Shown: in pieces, positions 12,501 through 23,714 of the stretch | How the letters are laid out: each line of letters begins with the position of its first letter | Numbering within the stretch: position 1 is the first letter of the stretch | Assembly: GCA_012295275.1 (NCBI GenBank) | Contig: CM022672.1 | Span: 20,026,001-20,090,000 of the forward strand | DNA: 64,000 nucleotides | Source: Chrysomallon squamiferum | Taxonomy: Eukaryota; Animalia; Mollusca | Reading direction: 5' to 3' | The notes under the pieces: model-generated | What the model saw: the letters and a program-made list of their open reading frames with translations, nothing else | Databases searched by the model: none | What the model was told of the DNA's origin: nothing | Program-made: the position numbers and the translations under genes

Positions 12501-14163
12501 TTTCTAAAAAAAATGTTCCTTTAGATAATTTTGGATTATTAGATATTTCCAAGCATAATTTTTTTTTTTTTTTTTTTATTGATGATTTTGAATTCTTTTA
12601 TTTGTTTTGTTTTTTATTAAAGTGTTCAACATGTAAGGAGTATTTTCTTGGTACACCAGTCAGTGGTCACCAGTGTTACAGACAGATGACCGTGGACAGA
12701 GATTACTGCTTTGACCCAGAGACACAGAAAAACTGCAACCAGTTTGCACAGCCTCTCAGATACGGCAGAACTGTTTTCTTTGCAGTGCAGCCTAAATATC
12801 TCAATGTTAATATCAGAATTACTATAGATGTCACTAAAGGAGGTTAGCATTTAGTATTCATCAGAATTAGATATATGAATGTTGGTGCCATTTTATGAGT
12901 TAATTTTATTAATGAGTGACATTCTCTCATAGCAAGAAAAAAACACTTTATTTTGGAATAGATATACAGAAATGGAAATGATTCCAATAGCCTTTTGAAT
13001 CTTTTTTTAGTATTACCACCAGCTTTGGAGACTTGAGAAATGAAGGGAATGTAATGTTGTCTCAAAAAAGATTTTTTGTGATGAGAAGAGTAATAATGTA
13101 AAGTAAATATCAGCCGTTCAAAAAATCAGGATTACATTTGAAAGTTTTAATTTATTTTCTTATCAGTGATAATCTTAAAATTCTTTTATTAATATTGCAT
13201 ACTGTTTTTTTCTTTTCTCCTTCAGGTGCTGATGTGTATTTTTCCAACAAAGAGGATACATTTAAGGTGGACGTTGACCCAAAGACTGGGATCCACCATC
13301 TCAGCATGGATCCCATTTACCAGCAGGCATCACACAGAGATATAGATTCCTTCAGGACCAAACGCAGTGATCATTCTAGCTTTAGCATTCATCGTTCTGA
13401 GCCAAATTCTCGTCAGGCACGATCAAGTGAACCTGCAGCTAAAACCTACGTCATCGACGAAACTGTAGCCAATGATCTCAACACATTCATTACAATAAAT
13501 CGCCCAGACACCATTCTTTTTGTGAGAGAAGTTCATTTCCGACTGGTCTTGACTCTACCCCGCGATGTGCACCATTTGCGCACTTCGCGTTTTTACATCG
13601 TTCTCAAAAGTATCGGCAGTTACCAAAACGACAGCACCTATGGGAATTTGTATTTCCGACAGGATCAGCCTCACATTGATTTGTTTGTGTTTTTCTCCGT
13701 GTTCTTCTCGTGTTTCTTTCTCTTTCTGGCAATGTGCGTGATGCTGTGGAAGATGAAACAGGCCTTCGATACACGACGTATTCGGCAGGTCAGAGCGAGG
13801 GAAATGGAATGCATGGCTTCAAGGCCTTTTGCAAAAGCTCTTGTTCTCATAGACTTCCCTCTCATTGCTCCTGTCCTCATCTCCAAACGAGCTAAATGCA
13901 CCAAGTCAATGAGAAACCTCAACCAGCTAGATAGTCCTTATTTTGTGCCTCCCCCTTGTGACGATCACTTGAACATTGTTCCCATAGCAGTGGAACCCAC
14001 AGACGATGGTGTGGCTGCTGTTGGCACAGTTGTTATCCAGCTTCCAGGAGGCATTTATGCACCGTCGAAATTGTGTTTAGGGTCGACGTTGACAATGCGA
14101 TTAAATCCACCTGTGACAACAAAAACTGCTGTTCGCAGGCGTCCAAGTGCATCATCATGTTAA
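414..14163 (+). CDS. MEGF8: MEGF8 (multiple EGF-like domains 8), 3' part; 21 exons: join(414..555,918..1143,1605..1767,2297..2475,2743..3041,3416..3563,4043..4232,4757..4920,5376..5526,6151..6415,6773..6890,7193..7394,7946..8157,8454..8724,9329..9509,9842..10031,10310..10456,10882..11009,11432..11555,12623..12842,13226..14163); 5' part lies upstream of the window
   Basis: All junctions GT-AG with matching phases; summed length 4658 nt = 2 + 1552 codons ending in TAA. Domain order LamEGF-CUB-EGF-Kelch-PSI-EGF/LamEGF-TM matches the C-terminal half of MEGF8. Diagnostic LYFRQDQPHIDLFVFFSVFFSCFFLFL and EMECMASRPFA; LamEGF before a CUB+Kelch block separates it from attractin. Confidence 0.95.
918..1143 (+). 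CDS. MEGF8: MEGF8 exon, start of CUB-like domain (IRGKCYLQCDGR...YCLWILT...VECSR)
   Basis: ttttcag| ... |gtaag, phase 2 to 0. Confidence 0.92.
1605..1767 (+). CDS. MEGF8: MEGF8 exon, CUB domain (DFIYIYDG...LLGAFCG...SGIITVYF)
   Basis: tttcag| ... |gtgag; classic CUB motifs. Confidence 0.93.
2297..2475 (+). CDS. MEGF8: MEGF8 exon, CUB end plus EGF (GFNASYEVRSCPDGC...CVCDPGFGGYDC)
   Basis: tttcag| (in-frame alternative aag| at 2291) ... |gtaat. Confidence 0.9.
2743..3041 (+). CDS. MEGF8: MEGF8 exon, EGF end plus Kelch repeat (GRVGHAM...IYVFGGYS...LNDIWQF)
   Basis: ttccag| (in-frame alternative at 2752) ... |gtgaat. Confidence 0.9.
3416..3563 (+). CDS. MEGF8: MEGF8 exon, Kelch repeat (RYHHAMACIPALKMLYIFGGF...ELWKFNIESQVWTNES); not in ORF track
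   Basis: taaag| ... |gtgagt; phase 2 to 0; Kelch GG and W motifs. Confidence 0.92.
4043..4232 (+). CDS. MEGF8: MEGF8 exon, Kelch repeat (LAGHTL...LVVIGGFS)
   Basis: ttacag| ... |gtgag. Confidence 0.92.
4757..4920 (+). CDS. MEGF8: MEGF8 exon, Kelch repeat (GMYGHTAVFH...VYVYGGY...REW)
   Basis: ttccag| ... |gtacgt. Confidence 0.93.
5376..5526 (+). CDS. MEGF8: MEGF8 exon, Kelch repeat (WEGRVFHAAVSLDDKMVIMGGW...YRYRCNTW); not in ORF track
   Basis: tttag| ... |gtaaa; phase 0 to 1. Confidence 0.92.
6151..6415 (+). CDS. MEGF8: MEGF8 exon, last Kelch repeat plus PSI (IYAMGGFTG...VPSDIC)
   Basis: tttcag| ... |gtgag. Confidence 0.92.
6773..6890 (+). CDS. MEGF8: MEGF8 exon, PSI (CYRYTTCSQCLA)
   Basis: ttgcag| ... 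|gtaag. Confidence 0.9.
7193..7394 (+). CDS. MEGF8: MEGF8 exon, PSI (ACQWCTNCPDGKC...CSASDCDMC...CIWTR)
   Basis: tttag| ... |gtaagt. Confidence 0.93.
7946..8157 (+). CDS. MEGF8: MEGF8 exon, PSI (YNWNC...CTSCLNSVGGEGGSRECIWSETLQE)
   Basis: tttcag| ... |gtaaat. Confidence 0.93.
8454..8724 (+). CDS. MEGF8: MEGF8 exon, PSI (CMPPAYLPLRC...CGWCALGGQNGKGVCM)
   Basis: tttcag| ... |gtgagt. Confidence 0.93.
9329..9509 (+). CDS. MEGF8: MEGF8 exon, calcium-binding EGF (WSYSQCPPENECQNGHHTC...CIDTPSSFKCECKNGY); not in ORF track
   Basis: ctttttag-type acceptor ... |gtaagt; phase 1 to 2. Confidence 0.93.
9842..10031 (+). CDS. MEGF8: MEGF8 exon, EGF plus laminin-EGF start (CDPVCHEGCVHGQC...CQCNKHSNC)
   Basis: tttcag| ... 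|gtaag. Confidence 0.93.
10310..10456 (+). CDS. MEGF8: MEGF8 exon, laminin-EGF (GPRCQECKPKFVGTPRNGGSCVPC)
   Basis: tctcag| ... |gtaagt. Confidence 0.93.
10882..11009 (+). CDS. MEGF8: MEGF8 exon, laminin-EGF (RGPKESEAVCKGCQHNTTGEKCEICLDGYF); not in + ORF track
   Basis: ctacag| ... |gtaag; phase 0 to 2. Confidence 0.92.
11432..11555 (+). CDS. MEGF8: MEGF8 exon, laminin-EGF (CMCNGHSYTCDKESGENCKCSNNTES)
   Basis: ttacag| ... |gtttgt. Confidence 0.92.
12351..12595. repeat. Degenerate tandem repeat, about 62-bp unit, about 4 copies
   Basis: recurring ttattagatgtttccaagttataaatttct...gataattttg. Confidence 0.7.
12623..12842 (+). CDS. MEGF8: MEGF8 exon (CSTCKEYFLGTPVSGHQCYRQM...FFAVQPKYLNVNIRITIDVTKG)
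   Basis: ttaaag| ... |gttag; phase 0 to 1. Confidence 0.93.
13226..14163 (+). CDS. MEGF8: MEGF8 terminal coding exon: juxtamembrane region, TM helix (about 13681..13749), cytoplasmic tail with MASRPFA (13813..13833), stop TAA
   Basis: cttcag| acceptor; long open frame; hydrophobic LFVFFSVFFSCFFLFLAMCVMLW. Confidence 0.95.
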
Positions 14164-15814
14164 AGATTGTTGCATCTAGCTTTCAGTATCATTTTTTATA
14201 TATATATATATATATAATCATTTTTTAAATTTTTTTTTGTATATATCTGAGCAAGTAATTACTTTAATTATGTAAAGATAGGATTTTTTTGGTGTTTATT
14301 TTTTTTTAGAAAAGCATTTGTTTTTTGTCGTGAAAAATTGTTTAAATGAATATATGATTTGTCAAAAACAGAGCAGAATGAACAATGTATATGTATTGTT
14401 TTCAGATATTGAGAAATAATTATTAAAATTTCAAATTTGTTTTTCACTGTATGGTGATACTTGCAAAGTAAGAGACAGTCCAAAATAATGCAAGATAATC
14501 ATAACATATATTTTAAACTATAGTTTAAATCTTACTAGTTAAAACATTTTTATTAAATGGTCACATTTTGTAGATAATAATTTTGTGATATTTTCTAATA
14601 GTCTTTAATGAGATTGTACTTTTTTAGTGATACTGATGCTGGCCAGTGTGTATTTTAAAAATGTTTTTAAATTTTTAAATTATTATTATTATTAATAATC
14701 TAAGCTTGTAATTTGTTATGGAGTTTAAACCTGCCTTTATTTTGGCTACTTCTATAAAACTAGATTGAAAAAATATTTTTATGAAAATTCTTTGATATTT
14801 AATCTCAGACTTTTTAATTTTATAAACAAACTGGGTTTTGGGGTTTTTTTTTTTTAAAATAATTTATTATTTTCTTTTCTTATTTTTCTGGTAAAATTAT
14901 TGTATATTTATATTCCAAATATAACTAAATTGTATCAGCTCTATGTTTTACTTCAAATGAAACCAAGAAATAATGATTATGTGCTTTTTAATGGCTTCAC
15001 ACTAGCATCAATCAGTTTTTACCTTAATTTTGTTTTTCATTTTGACAAAGTAACTATCAAACTTTTCTATGAAATAAATATATCACTAAATAAATAATAA
15101 GAACTGAAAAGTAGGTATAAAAAAACCAATAACTTTTTTAATAATTGTTTTTGTTTTATAATTCAGAACTTAAATATTTTATGTTATTTGAAATAAGTTA
15201 GCAGTTTTTTTATTCAAGAAAAAAAAAAATCTTCTCTTTTCATCTTAACAGTGAACCTAGAAAAGAAAATGTTTTACTTCTTTATTATATTGTTATTATT
15301 TTTTTTAAATTTATTATTATTTCTTTATTTATTTTGTTAGATTCTTTTTAACAAAAAACTCTCAGAATTATTTGTATATATTTATAATACATATGGGAAT
15401 GAGGGTGTTGTTTTTGGTATCTTTTGTTACAGAAATTTAGATAATTATGTTGTTAGAAACCCATAAAATATTTTACGCTTGTTACTAGTATTTGGAATTT
15501 TGGTGCTGGCATCTGTTTCCCATTTTAGCTTAGTGCAGGCACTGTTCAGCATTCTGCTTTTGTCTTCAGACATTCAGAAGCTACAAATAAAACCAGCTAT
15601 AAATGATAACTGAGATAATACCTAAATAACAGGTGTGACGTGTGCCACATATTGGGAACATGAATTTTGGAAAGTCGGGTTGTTCTCACTGATCAAGCAT
15701 TGTTGCTTTATATAGCTTTAACCATGTTGAACTGTCCAGTTGATATTCAAACTAAATATCGCTTAAAAAACATACTAAAAGTATTAAAACAAACTTCTTT
15801 TTTTTTTTAAGTGT

Positions 15815-15943
15815 CATCACTGTTATTAGATATTATGAGTTTCAGTAGTGATATTTTAGGCATCACTGCTGCTAGATGTTAAGAGTCACAAAAGTGACAT
15901 TTTAGGATTTTAGGCATCACTGATATCAGATATTAAGAATGAC
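15815..15943. repeat. Degenerate tandem repeat, about 46-bp unit, about 2.6 copies
   Basis: catcactg..agat(a/g)ttaagagt...agtga(t/c)attttagg. Confidence 0.7.
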
Positions 15944-18900
15944 TGGACATTTTTGTAAAGGCTTAACCAAAGAAAAACAATATCAGTGTTAGTTTTAAAG
16001 AAACACTGAAGTTAGTCATACCAGTATTGTCATTAGACATCACAGATTTCAAAACTTAACAAATGTCGAAGTTGATTTTATAGATACTAGACAAATTACC
16101 AATATTGACTTTAGTTTATGCATCAAAAATTCACTAACCCTTTAAAAACTGATGTCCATAAAACCATTTCAACAGGGCACAAAAGTTAATGCAAACATGA
16201 CCTTCTAGCTATTTGTCTGAGTATATAGCATGGCATTATTAATAAAAACATGTTAACACATGGTGGGAATAATATTAACTGTTTGGGTATAAATGTTTGT
16301 GGTTATTTTTATGATTGTTTTTTTTTTTAATTTTTTATTTGTTATTTATATGTATATATATTTTTAATGTGTTAAAATGTATCGATAATAAAGTTTTAAA
16401 CTGCTTTATATATGTCTAATTTTGAATTAAAATACTGCATCAGCAAGCACAAATTTCCTTTTCAATGCAATGCTAACAAATACAAATGCTTTTTTACAAT
16501 TTGTTTTTATTGTATTTTCTTTGTTTTCTAACACATATATGCTATAAAAATTTCATTTTGGGCTGTCAAAATCATTTTATAGTTTTTGTTATTTATTTTC
16601 TGATTAATCAAATACAAAAAAATACTAAAAGTTTTATACCCATTGTGGGAAACTGGTCACATTTATTGTAATGAAGTTTCTGTCGTTGTTAAAATGTTTT
16701 TCTCATCTTTTTTTTTTTTTTAATTTTAAGAAAACAGTCAATGTGTAATGAATTTCAGTGAATAATATCTGTTATAATTAAAAAATTATATTTTAAAAAT
16801 TTATGAAAGTTAATGGGTATCTGTTTCAGAGAACAACATTTTGTATAAAAAAATTAATATAATTATTAGCTGCTAAATTATGGATTTATTTCTGGCAGCA
16901 GTAATATTTTATATACATTTAATTTTGAAACCTTATTAATGTTGAATTTCTAATTTCCTGAATATTCAGAAATCAATATAAATTTTTTAAAAGAAAAGAA
17001 AATAGAAAACACAACAAATACAAAAAAAAAAATTCTTAAAATAAAAAACAGTATTATAATTTCATTTACTTTCAGGCAAAACAATCAAAATAAATGTACA
17101 CTAAAATATAAAGCATTTATACATAAATAATTTGTAAATCATTTATGTATATATTCATTTATTTATTATTTCTTTCTTCTTTTTTTTTTTTTTTTTTTTT
17201 TTGAATGGAGTTCTCAATAATAAAAATGGCATTGGTTAAATAATAGGGCTTTTTTTATGACATTAGTTACATCCATATTTTTGTTATTTCATTTTTCATT
17301 AAAGCTTTAAAACAGGGAATAAATATTTCTGATTAAGTGTGAATTTGTATTTTTATATATAATTTTAATTAACATAAATTTCAATGCCTTCAAGTATCGA
17401 CTCAGTCAGTTTTGATAGTTTGTTATTTAAAGAAGAGCTTTATTTTTTTTATAATACTTTGATTAATTCTTCAGATTTTGTATTTCAGTTACACTTATAT
17501 ACTCATAATATATTATTACATAAATTAGATTTATTAATTTGTTAACTGATTTTCCAAAAATTAAGAAGTGTTAGTATCATTATTTCCTCAGTCTGTTTAA
17601 ACAATTTGTTGTCAGTTCAAGTTTTCAGTGTTAACGTTATGTTTAATTCCTAATTTTCTGTGTTTATAAACTGTACTCTAACTAAGCTAATAAAACTTTC
17701 TGTGACGTAAATATGTCTGTTAAGTCAAAAAATATCATGTGTAAAATTAATTTTATTTGTACGCATTGATAATCTTTTATGCAAAATCTGAAAAACACAG
17801 AAAAGGTATTTTGCATTCTTTATTTTTTTTAAATTTTAAGTTATTTTCAATTTTTATTTTCAATTTTTTTTTTTTTTTTTAAAGCTGTTACCATAAAACC
17901 ATGTTGTTTTTGTGTCATATAAGAGTACAGTTAAATTCTGAGATAAGAATATAAGCATACAATTTTTTTGTTAAATTAACTTTAAAACAAAGTGTTGGCA
18001 ATTCAGCATTTAGGTGGTGTTGTTTTTTGTTGTTGTCTTTTTTTATTTCATTAATATGTGATAAAATTGTCTCTGAAGAAAATTTTATTGTACAATGCAA
18101 TATTAAACAAAATGCATGACAGTGCAATTCAATAAAATTTATAAATTGGATATACAGGTGTACCTCTGTTTCGATTATTTTATATAAAAATAATTAATGA
18201 TTAAATAATCTGTTGTTTGTTTCTGTTTAATGATACATATTAGACATTTTATGGCTTTTGAAATCTTTACACTTTTAAAACTTATTCTCTTTCTGATATT
18301 GTTGGTGTTTATTTAATATATATATATATATATATATTTAGTATTAATCAAAATATAAAGTTCAGATATTATTTAAAGGAATCTTAGTTTGCTATTTACA
18401 AATGGAAAACTAAGAAAATAAACAATAAATAAAAAGAAGTTAAAAAAACATTTATGTGAAGTATTAATGGTAGCAATCAAGAAAATAAATAAATAAATGT
18501 CAACAGTTAAATATTCAAAATAAACCAAAAAAAAAATATATATATATATATATATAAATAATAATAGTAATAAAATATGACTAAATCCATAAAGGTTCTG
18601 TCAACATCTAACAGCTAAAGGATTAGTTGGGGGTCAGGGGTCACTGGGTCTTGTTTTCTTATTTCTGTCACAAATGTTTATTTTATTTTAAAAAGCATCT
18701 TTTTTTTATCATCTGTGTTTTCTCTATGTCCTTTAGTAATGTTTTGAACATAATTAAAAAGTAGTTCCCCAAAAATACTCAGAATTTTAGCAGTAAAAAA
18801 TGTAGGTTTGTTCTTCAGTGTATTTGTAGAATTAACGAATCTGTTTTTATTTTCATATTTGAAAAAAAAAAAAAAAACAATAATGTTTATCTTTAATTTA

Positions 18901-20616
18901 ATCTAATTTATTTTCATATAAAAACAACCTAATGTTTACTTTTTATTTATGGTTAAAAAAAAAAAAAAATGCTTACCTGATATTAAATTTTGGTTTTAAA
19001 ATTTTAGATTCTTAATTAAAATTAAAAGATTTTTATTAGTTAACCTAATTTCAGTTATTTATTTCTTTTCTTAGCTGAAATTTGAATTTTTATTGTTACA
19101 TTTCATTTGTAGATAGTCATTAATTTTGTGCAATCTGAAATATAGCATGCTTGATGTAATAACTGATCAAAACTGATTATAATGTTGTAAAGTGAAAAAA
19201 AAAAAAAAAAAAAAATGTCTTACAACATGTAACATGCAAGATATATATATATATGAAAGTCTGTATACTACACTTAGTTTGTTATGTATGTATAAACACA
19301 GTATATCATATATAGACTTTGATACATACATACATACATATATGAATATTCATACACAAATGCACGTATGTTCTTTTGTATATTTGTAATTTTCATCTTC
19401 ATTGTAAACAAACCATTTTCACAACCATTATTTTTTTTCTCAAAAAGTCCCTAATTTTTTGCCTTTGTTGTTTTTTTTTGTTTTTTTTTTTTTTTTTTTG
19501 TTCCTTTTTAAAAAAAAATTAAATTGCATTGTTTTCATTTTGTGTGTAGGATGTACCCGTGAGTCATTTTTAAGAGTTTGATATCTGTATCAAACTATTT
19601 TTACTTGTAATAATAATTATTATTATTATGCATATACTTGTGATATATTGATTGTACATAAGGACGCATGTGTGTCTAGTCAAATCAAAATATGTCCTTT
19701 GATGCTCATGAGTTGTCATTTGTTATTATTACTTGTATGTTGAAGAAATGTATATTTGTGTGTAAAAATGAATATGTACATAATGGAAGATGTGAATTTT
19801 AGTTTAGCCATGTAGCTTAACTGTTCACGGATAAAGAAAATTCTATTAAGAAATAAAATTATTAATAATATTTTTCTTTTCTTTTTTTTTAAATATATTT
19901 AGTCTTGTTATTTTCTTTCTTTTTTTTAATCATGTTTTGTTTATTATTATTATTTTTTTAATATGATAAAAATAATAAATATTTATTTTTACATTTATTT
20001 TATTTTATTTATTTATTTTAAATTAAATTTTAATTAATTTATTATTTTCTTATTTTTTTTAAATTTTTTTTTTAATAATTGTCTAAACACTGATTATTTT
20101 TTTACAGCTGAAATAAATTGTTTCTTGCTATGGTAATTGTATGTCTCAAAGATTTTCATAATACATTTATTTAAAGAGAAAACTGAATTAATGGATACAT
20201 CAAATTCAAACATTAATTTTTTTTTTAATAATTTTCTTTTTCATGAAGTGAAATAGTTTTACCAAAATTCTGTTCTAATAATTAGGTATAATTTTAATAT
20301 GTTATTTCGTTATTGTTTACTTATTTATTAACTGTTTTTAAATTATTTTATTCTTTATAATGATTCATATCTCATGAGAACATTTTTTCTAAGCTATATT
20401 TCTTTTACCTTTTTTTTTTATTATTATTTCAGCAACTTAATAAATAATTTGATTTTTGTTATTTGCTTGGAAAATAAAATTATTAATTTGCTTTTCTTTT
20501 TTTTTTTTTTTTTTATCAGATTTTATTTGTAACAAGATATTATTCAAATTTAAAAAAAAAAAAATAAAAGATCTTTAGATTTTCTTACCCAGTAATATAT
20601 TTGCTACACAAGATAG

Positions 20617-20653
<37 letters not shown>

Positions 20654-20758
20654 TAGAGATATGCTAGTCTAGAGATAACTATTTTTGTTCTGTTATTTGA
20701 AAAAATTATCAAATACTGATGACATATCTGTTATTACCTGGTAGCATTTTGCATGTGC

Positions 20759-20799
<41 letters not shown>

Positions 20800-22905
20800 T
20801 TCTGCTTTATAACTTTTATTTCTGTGTTATAATCTTTGTGGACTCTGTCTGAATCAGATCCTTGTGGTCACTTCAGAGCTGGACATTAAGTGGACTCTGA
20901 CATGCCTGAGATATTACTTCCTTGAAAGCCAGTAAAATCTCCAGAAATGAAAATCCTAAATCCTAAACCTTGATCTATAATTTAACTTACATTTTATAAT
21001 GGACACTTTATTGTTATTTTTATTGCACACACACACACAAACACACACGTTTATACATGTTTAATATGGTAATAAAAATCATGATTAGTTCAGTTACAAT
21101 TTTTTTTCTTAGAAACCTAACAAAATTTGTTTTAATGTGATGTTTACTTTATAGGAGCATTCACTTGAAAGATGTTGTAATTTAGACAGAGTCTCTTGTA
21201 TATGACAATTGTATATAATTGCAACCATTAATGCACTGGTATTGTTTGATGCTGGAGTCTGATATGTGCCATTTGATATTGATATATATATATATATAAA
21301 TACAAAATGTAGATTTTACTTCAAACCAAAGCTGTCAGGGTTATCGAACCCGTGCCAGTGAAGTGAGAGTAATAATAATAAAGTATCAAGTTTCTTGTTC
21401 TCGTTCTTGTTTTTTTTGTGTTTTTGTCCTATTTTCTTCAGATTTTTAGAAATTATTTATTATAATTTATTATTATTATTATCATTATTATCAATTTTAA
21501 ACAGTTATACACACATATGTACATACATACATACATACATATACATTCATGTTTTCTATGTAAAAAGCAATGAATAAATTAAATATCCAAATATACATAT
21601 CTTTACAGAGAGGAAAATTTGGTCTCACTGTATTTGTTAGATTAAAAATAAACAAAGGTATCATTTGGTTCTTCCAAGTATTAACCATTATAATGTAAAA
21701 CAAAATAAAAAAATGTTCATTTGTGTTTGATGAATTATGCAGTTTGTCTGTATATCTGACTTGAACACAAATAATAATACTAATAATAATAATATAATTA
21801 AAAATAATAAAACATTAATGTCTATTTTTCGACAACCTTTATATAAACTATAGCCTATTCCATAATTAATCAGAAAGTTTCCTATTTCCTGTGTGGGTTT
21901 CAGGTGTTAGCAGAGGTTATTAATCAGATCTGTCAAACAATAAAACTAATCACCTTCTGTTCGTTTTAACTTAATTTCAAATTATTTTTTAAAATTTTAA
22001 AGGCTTTTAATCCCTTCGTTCAGGTAAATTTTTCAGCAGAATGTTGTGCATGGAAATACTGTCTCCATCTCAGCCAGGCCTGGATGTCATCAAAGAACTG
22101 TGTGGATTAAAATGGAGACACTGTGTCTGTTACGAATGTGTACAGTCTCCCTTCAGGTTGAACCAAAAAATCGAAAGCTATTGTTTGTTGCCTAATGTTG
22201 ACACTGGATCAAACAAGTAACGTTCAGTGATATCTTTGTTTGACACAGACTGGAGTCTTTCTCATAATTAGCCTGATTTATTGTGCTGCAAGTTCTCTGG
22301 GATGGTTGGAAGACTGGGTAATGTTGAAAATGAAAATAAAAATTAAACTATCTTTTAAGGATCATACTTTATTAATAACTGTTCAGAAGGAAATACATAG
22401 AGAAAGAGATGGAAACTTAATCAATATGTATTTCATTTCAACTTACCAACCAAAAAAAACAACAACAACAAAATAAACAAAAAACTCAATATTACTGGTA
22501 AAATAAATACACCCATAAAAAGAAGAATTGGTTACTGCATATTGTTGCTATTGTTGTTGTTGTTGTTACTAATTTTATTATTATTATTATCACCATCATT
22601 TATTATTAGTACTAGTAGTAGTAGTAGTAGTTTTTATCATCATCTTCATTATTTATTTTATTTCTTTATTTTTACTGTTTTGAGGAACTTTCTTCTTTTT
22701 TTTTTTTTATTGAAAGTCATGTTAATCACAATAATTACTGTTTAACAAAACATATTTATCATGACCCTTTGTCTTTCCTGTTACTATACTGGACTTCTAA
22801 GTTTTAGAGTTATTTATTTCAGTTTAATAATAATTAACAGTAGCCCTACATCGATTTCCAGAATATTTCAATTTATTTGCCATCTTAGTGCTAAATTAAA
22901 ATGTA

Positions 22906-23714
22906 CCATATATACTTGTGTATAAGTTGAATTTTTGGGAGACTATATTAAGGTAATATTTTGGGGGTCGACTTATACATAGGTAATGCTTTTGTAGCTG
23001 TTGCTGAAGAGTTGCCATTTTGACTATTTTTTGCTACGGGATGCATCTAAAATAATCGCGGTCTTTCAGCTTTTCAAAAATATAATTTTATCGTATAAAA
23101 AAATTTGAAAAATTAAATAACAAAACCAAATATGAATGTAAGACATGATATTCTTCCGTTTAATGACATAAAAATACATTTTAAAGCGAGAAAACCATCA
23201 GTACGGCGTTATGCCTTACAGCGTCTTGCAATGATCTAGGAATGCAGACTTCTCTGCCAAATTGCACTAAATATTGGTCCTAATTTCATAAACAAAACTC
23301 ACTTGTTTAATTGTAAAGAATTTGGTGAAATAATATTGCAATCGTCATTAATATCCACTACCGACAAATTTTGTAAATCATAGAATGGCTAAATATAACG
23401 GTAAGTTAGGTCTCCATGTTAGACCTATTACATTAAAGAGATACTATTTATGATACATTTAGGCTATAGCTCTTGTAATACATGCATTTACGTTATTATG
23501 GTATGTTCGTGCAAGTTACAGCTCGTGCAAGTTATGTTTCAGTAGGCGTACAATGTAGGCCTTCATGGCACTGTCACACTGGTCTAAAAATAGTGATGAT
23601 GCCTGGAATCTAAAGTCGACTTATACACAAGTAATACCTAAAATGACGCAATTTTTGGTCTTAAAATACACATCGACTTATACATAAGGTCACCTTGTGC
23701 ACAAGTATATACTA
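22906..23714. mobile_element. Non-autonomous Tc1/mariner-superfamily (Tc2/pogo-like) DNA transposon or MITE, 809 bp
   Basis: Imperfect 25-bp TIRs: left ccatatatacttgtgtataagttga, right reverse complement tagtatatacttgtgcacaaggtga. TA on both flanks (22904-05, 23715-16). Subterminal repeat tcgacttatac near 22968, 23616 and 23673. No transposase ORF. Confidence 0.8.

Noticed and set aside
4026-13922. Antisense or alternative-frame ORFs over MEGF8 exons (e.g. 4026..4295, 6092..6376, 13671..13922)
   Set aside because: Shadows of real exons caused by higher GC content
414-14163. Calling the + strand gene attractin
   Set aside because: Attractin has a single N-terminal CUB/Kelch block; here laminin-EGF precedes the CUB and the QDQPHIDLFVFFSVFFSCFFLFL segment is MEGF8-type
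21330-21370. B-box-like GGTTCGATA on the - strand, possible tRNA
   Set aside because: No cloverleaf or A box; at most a fragment of a SINE head
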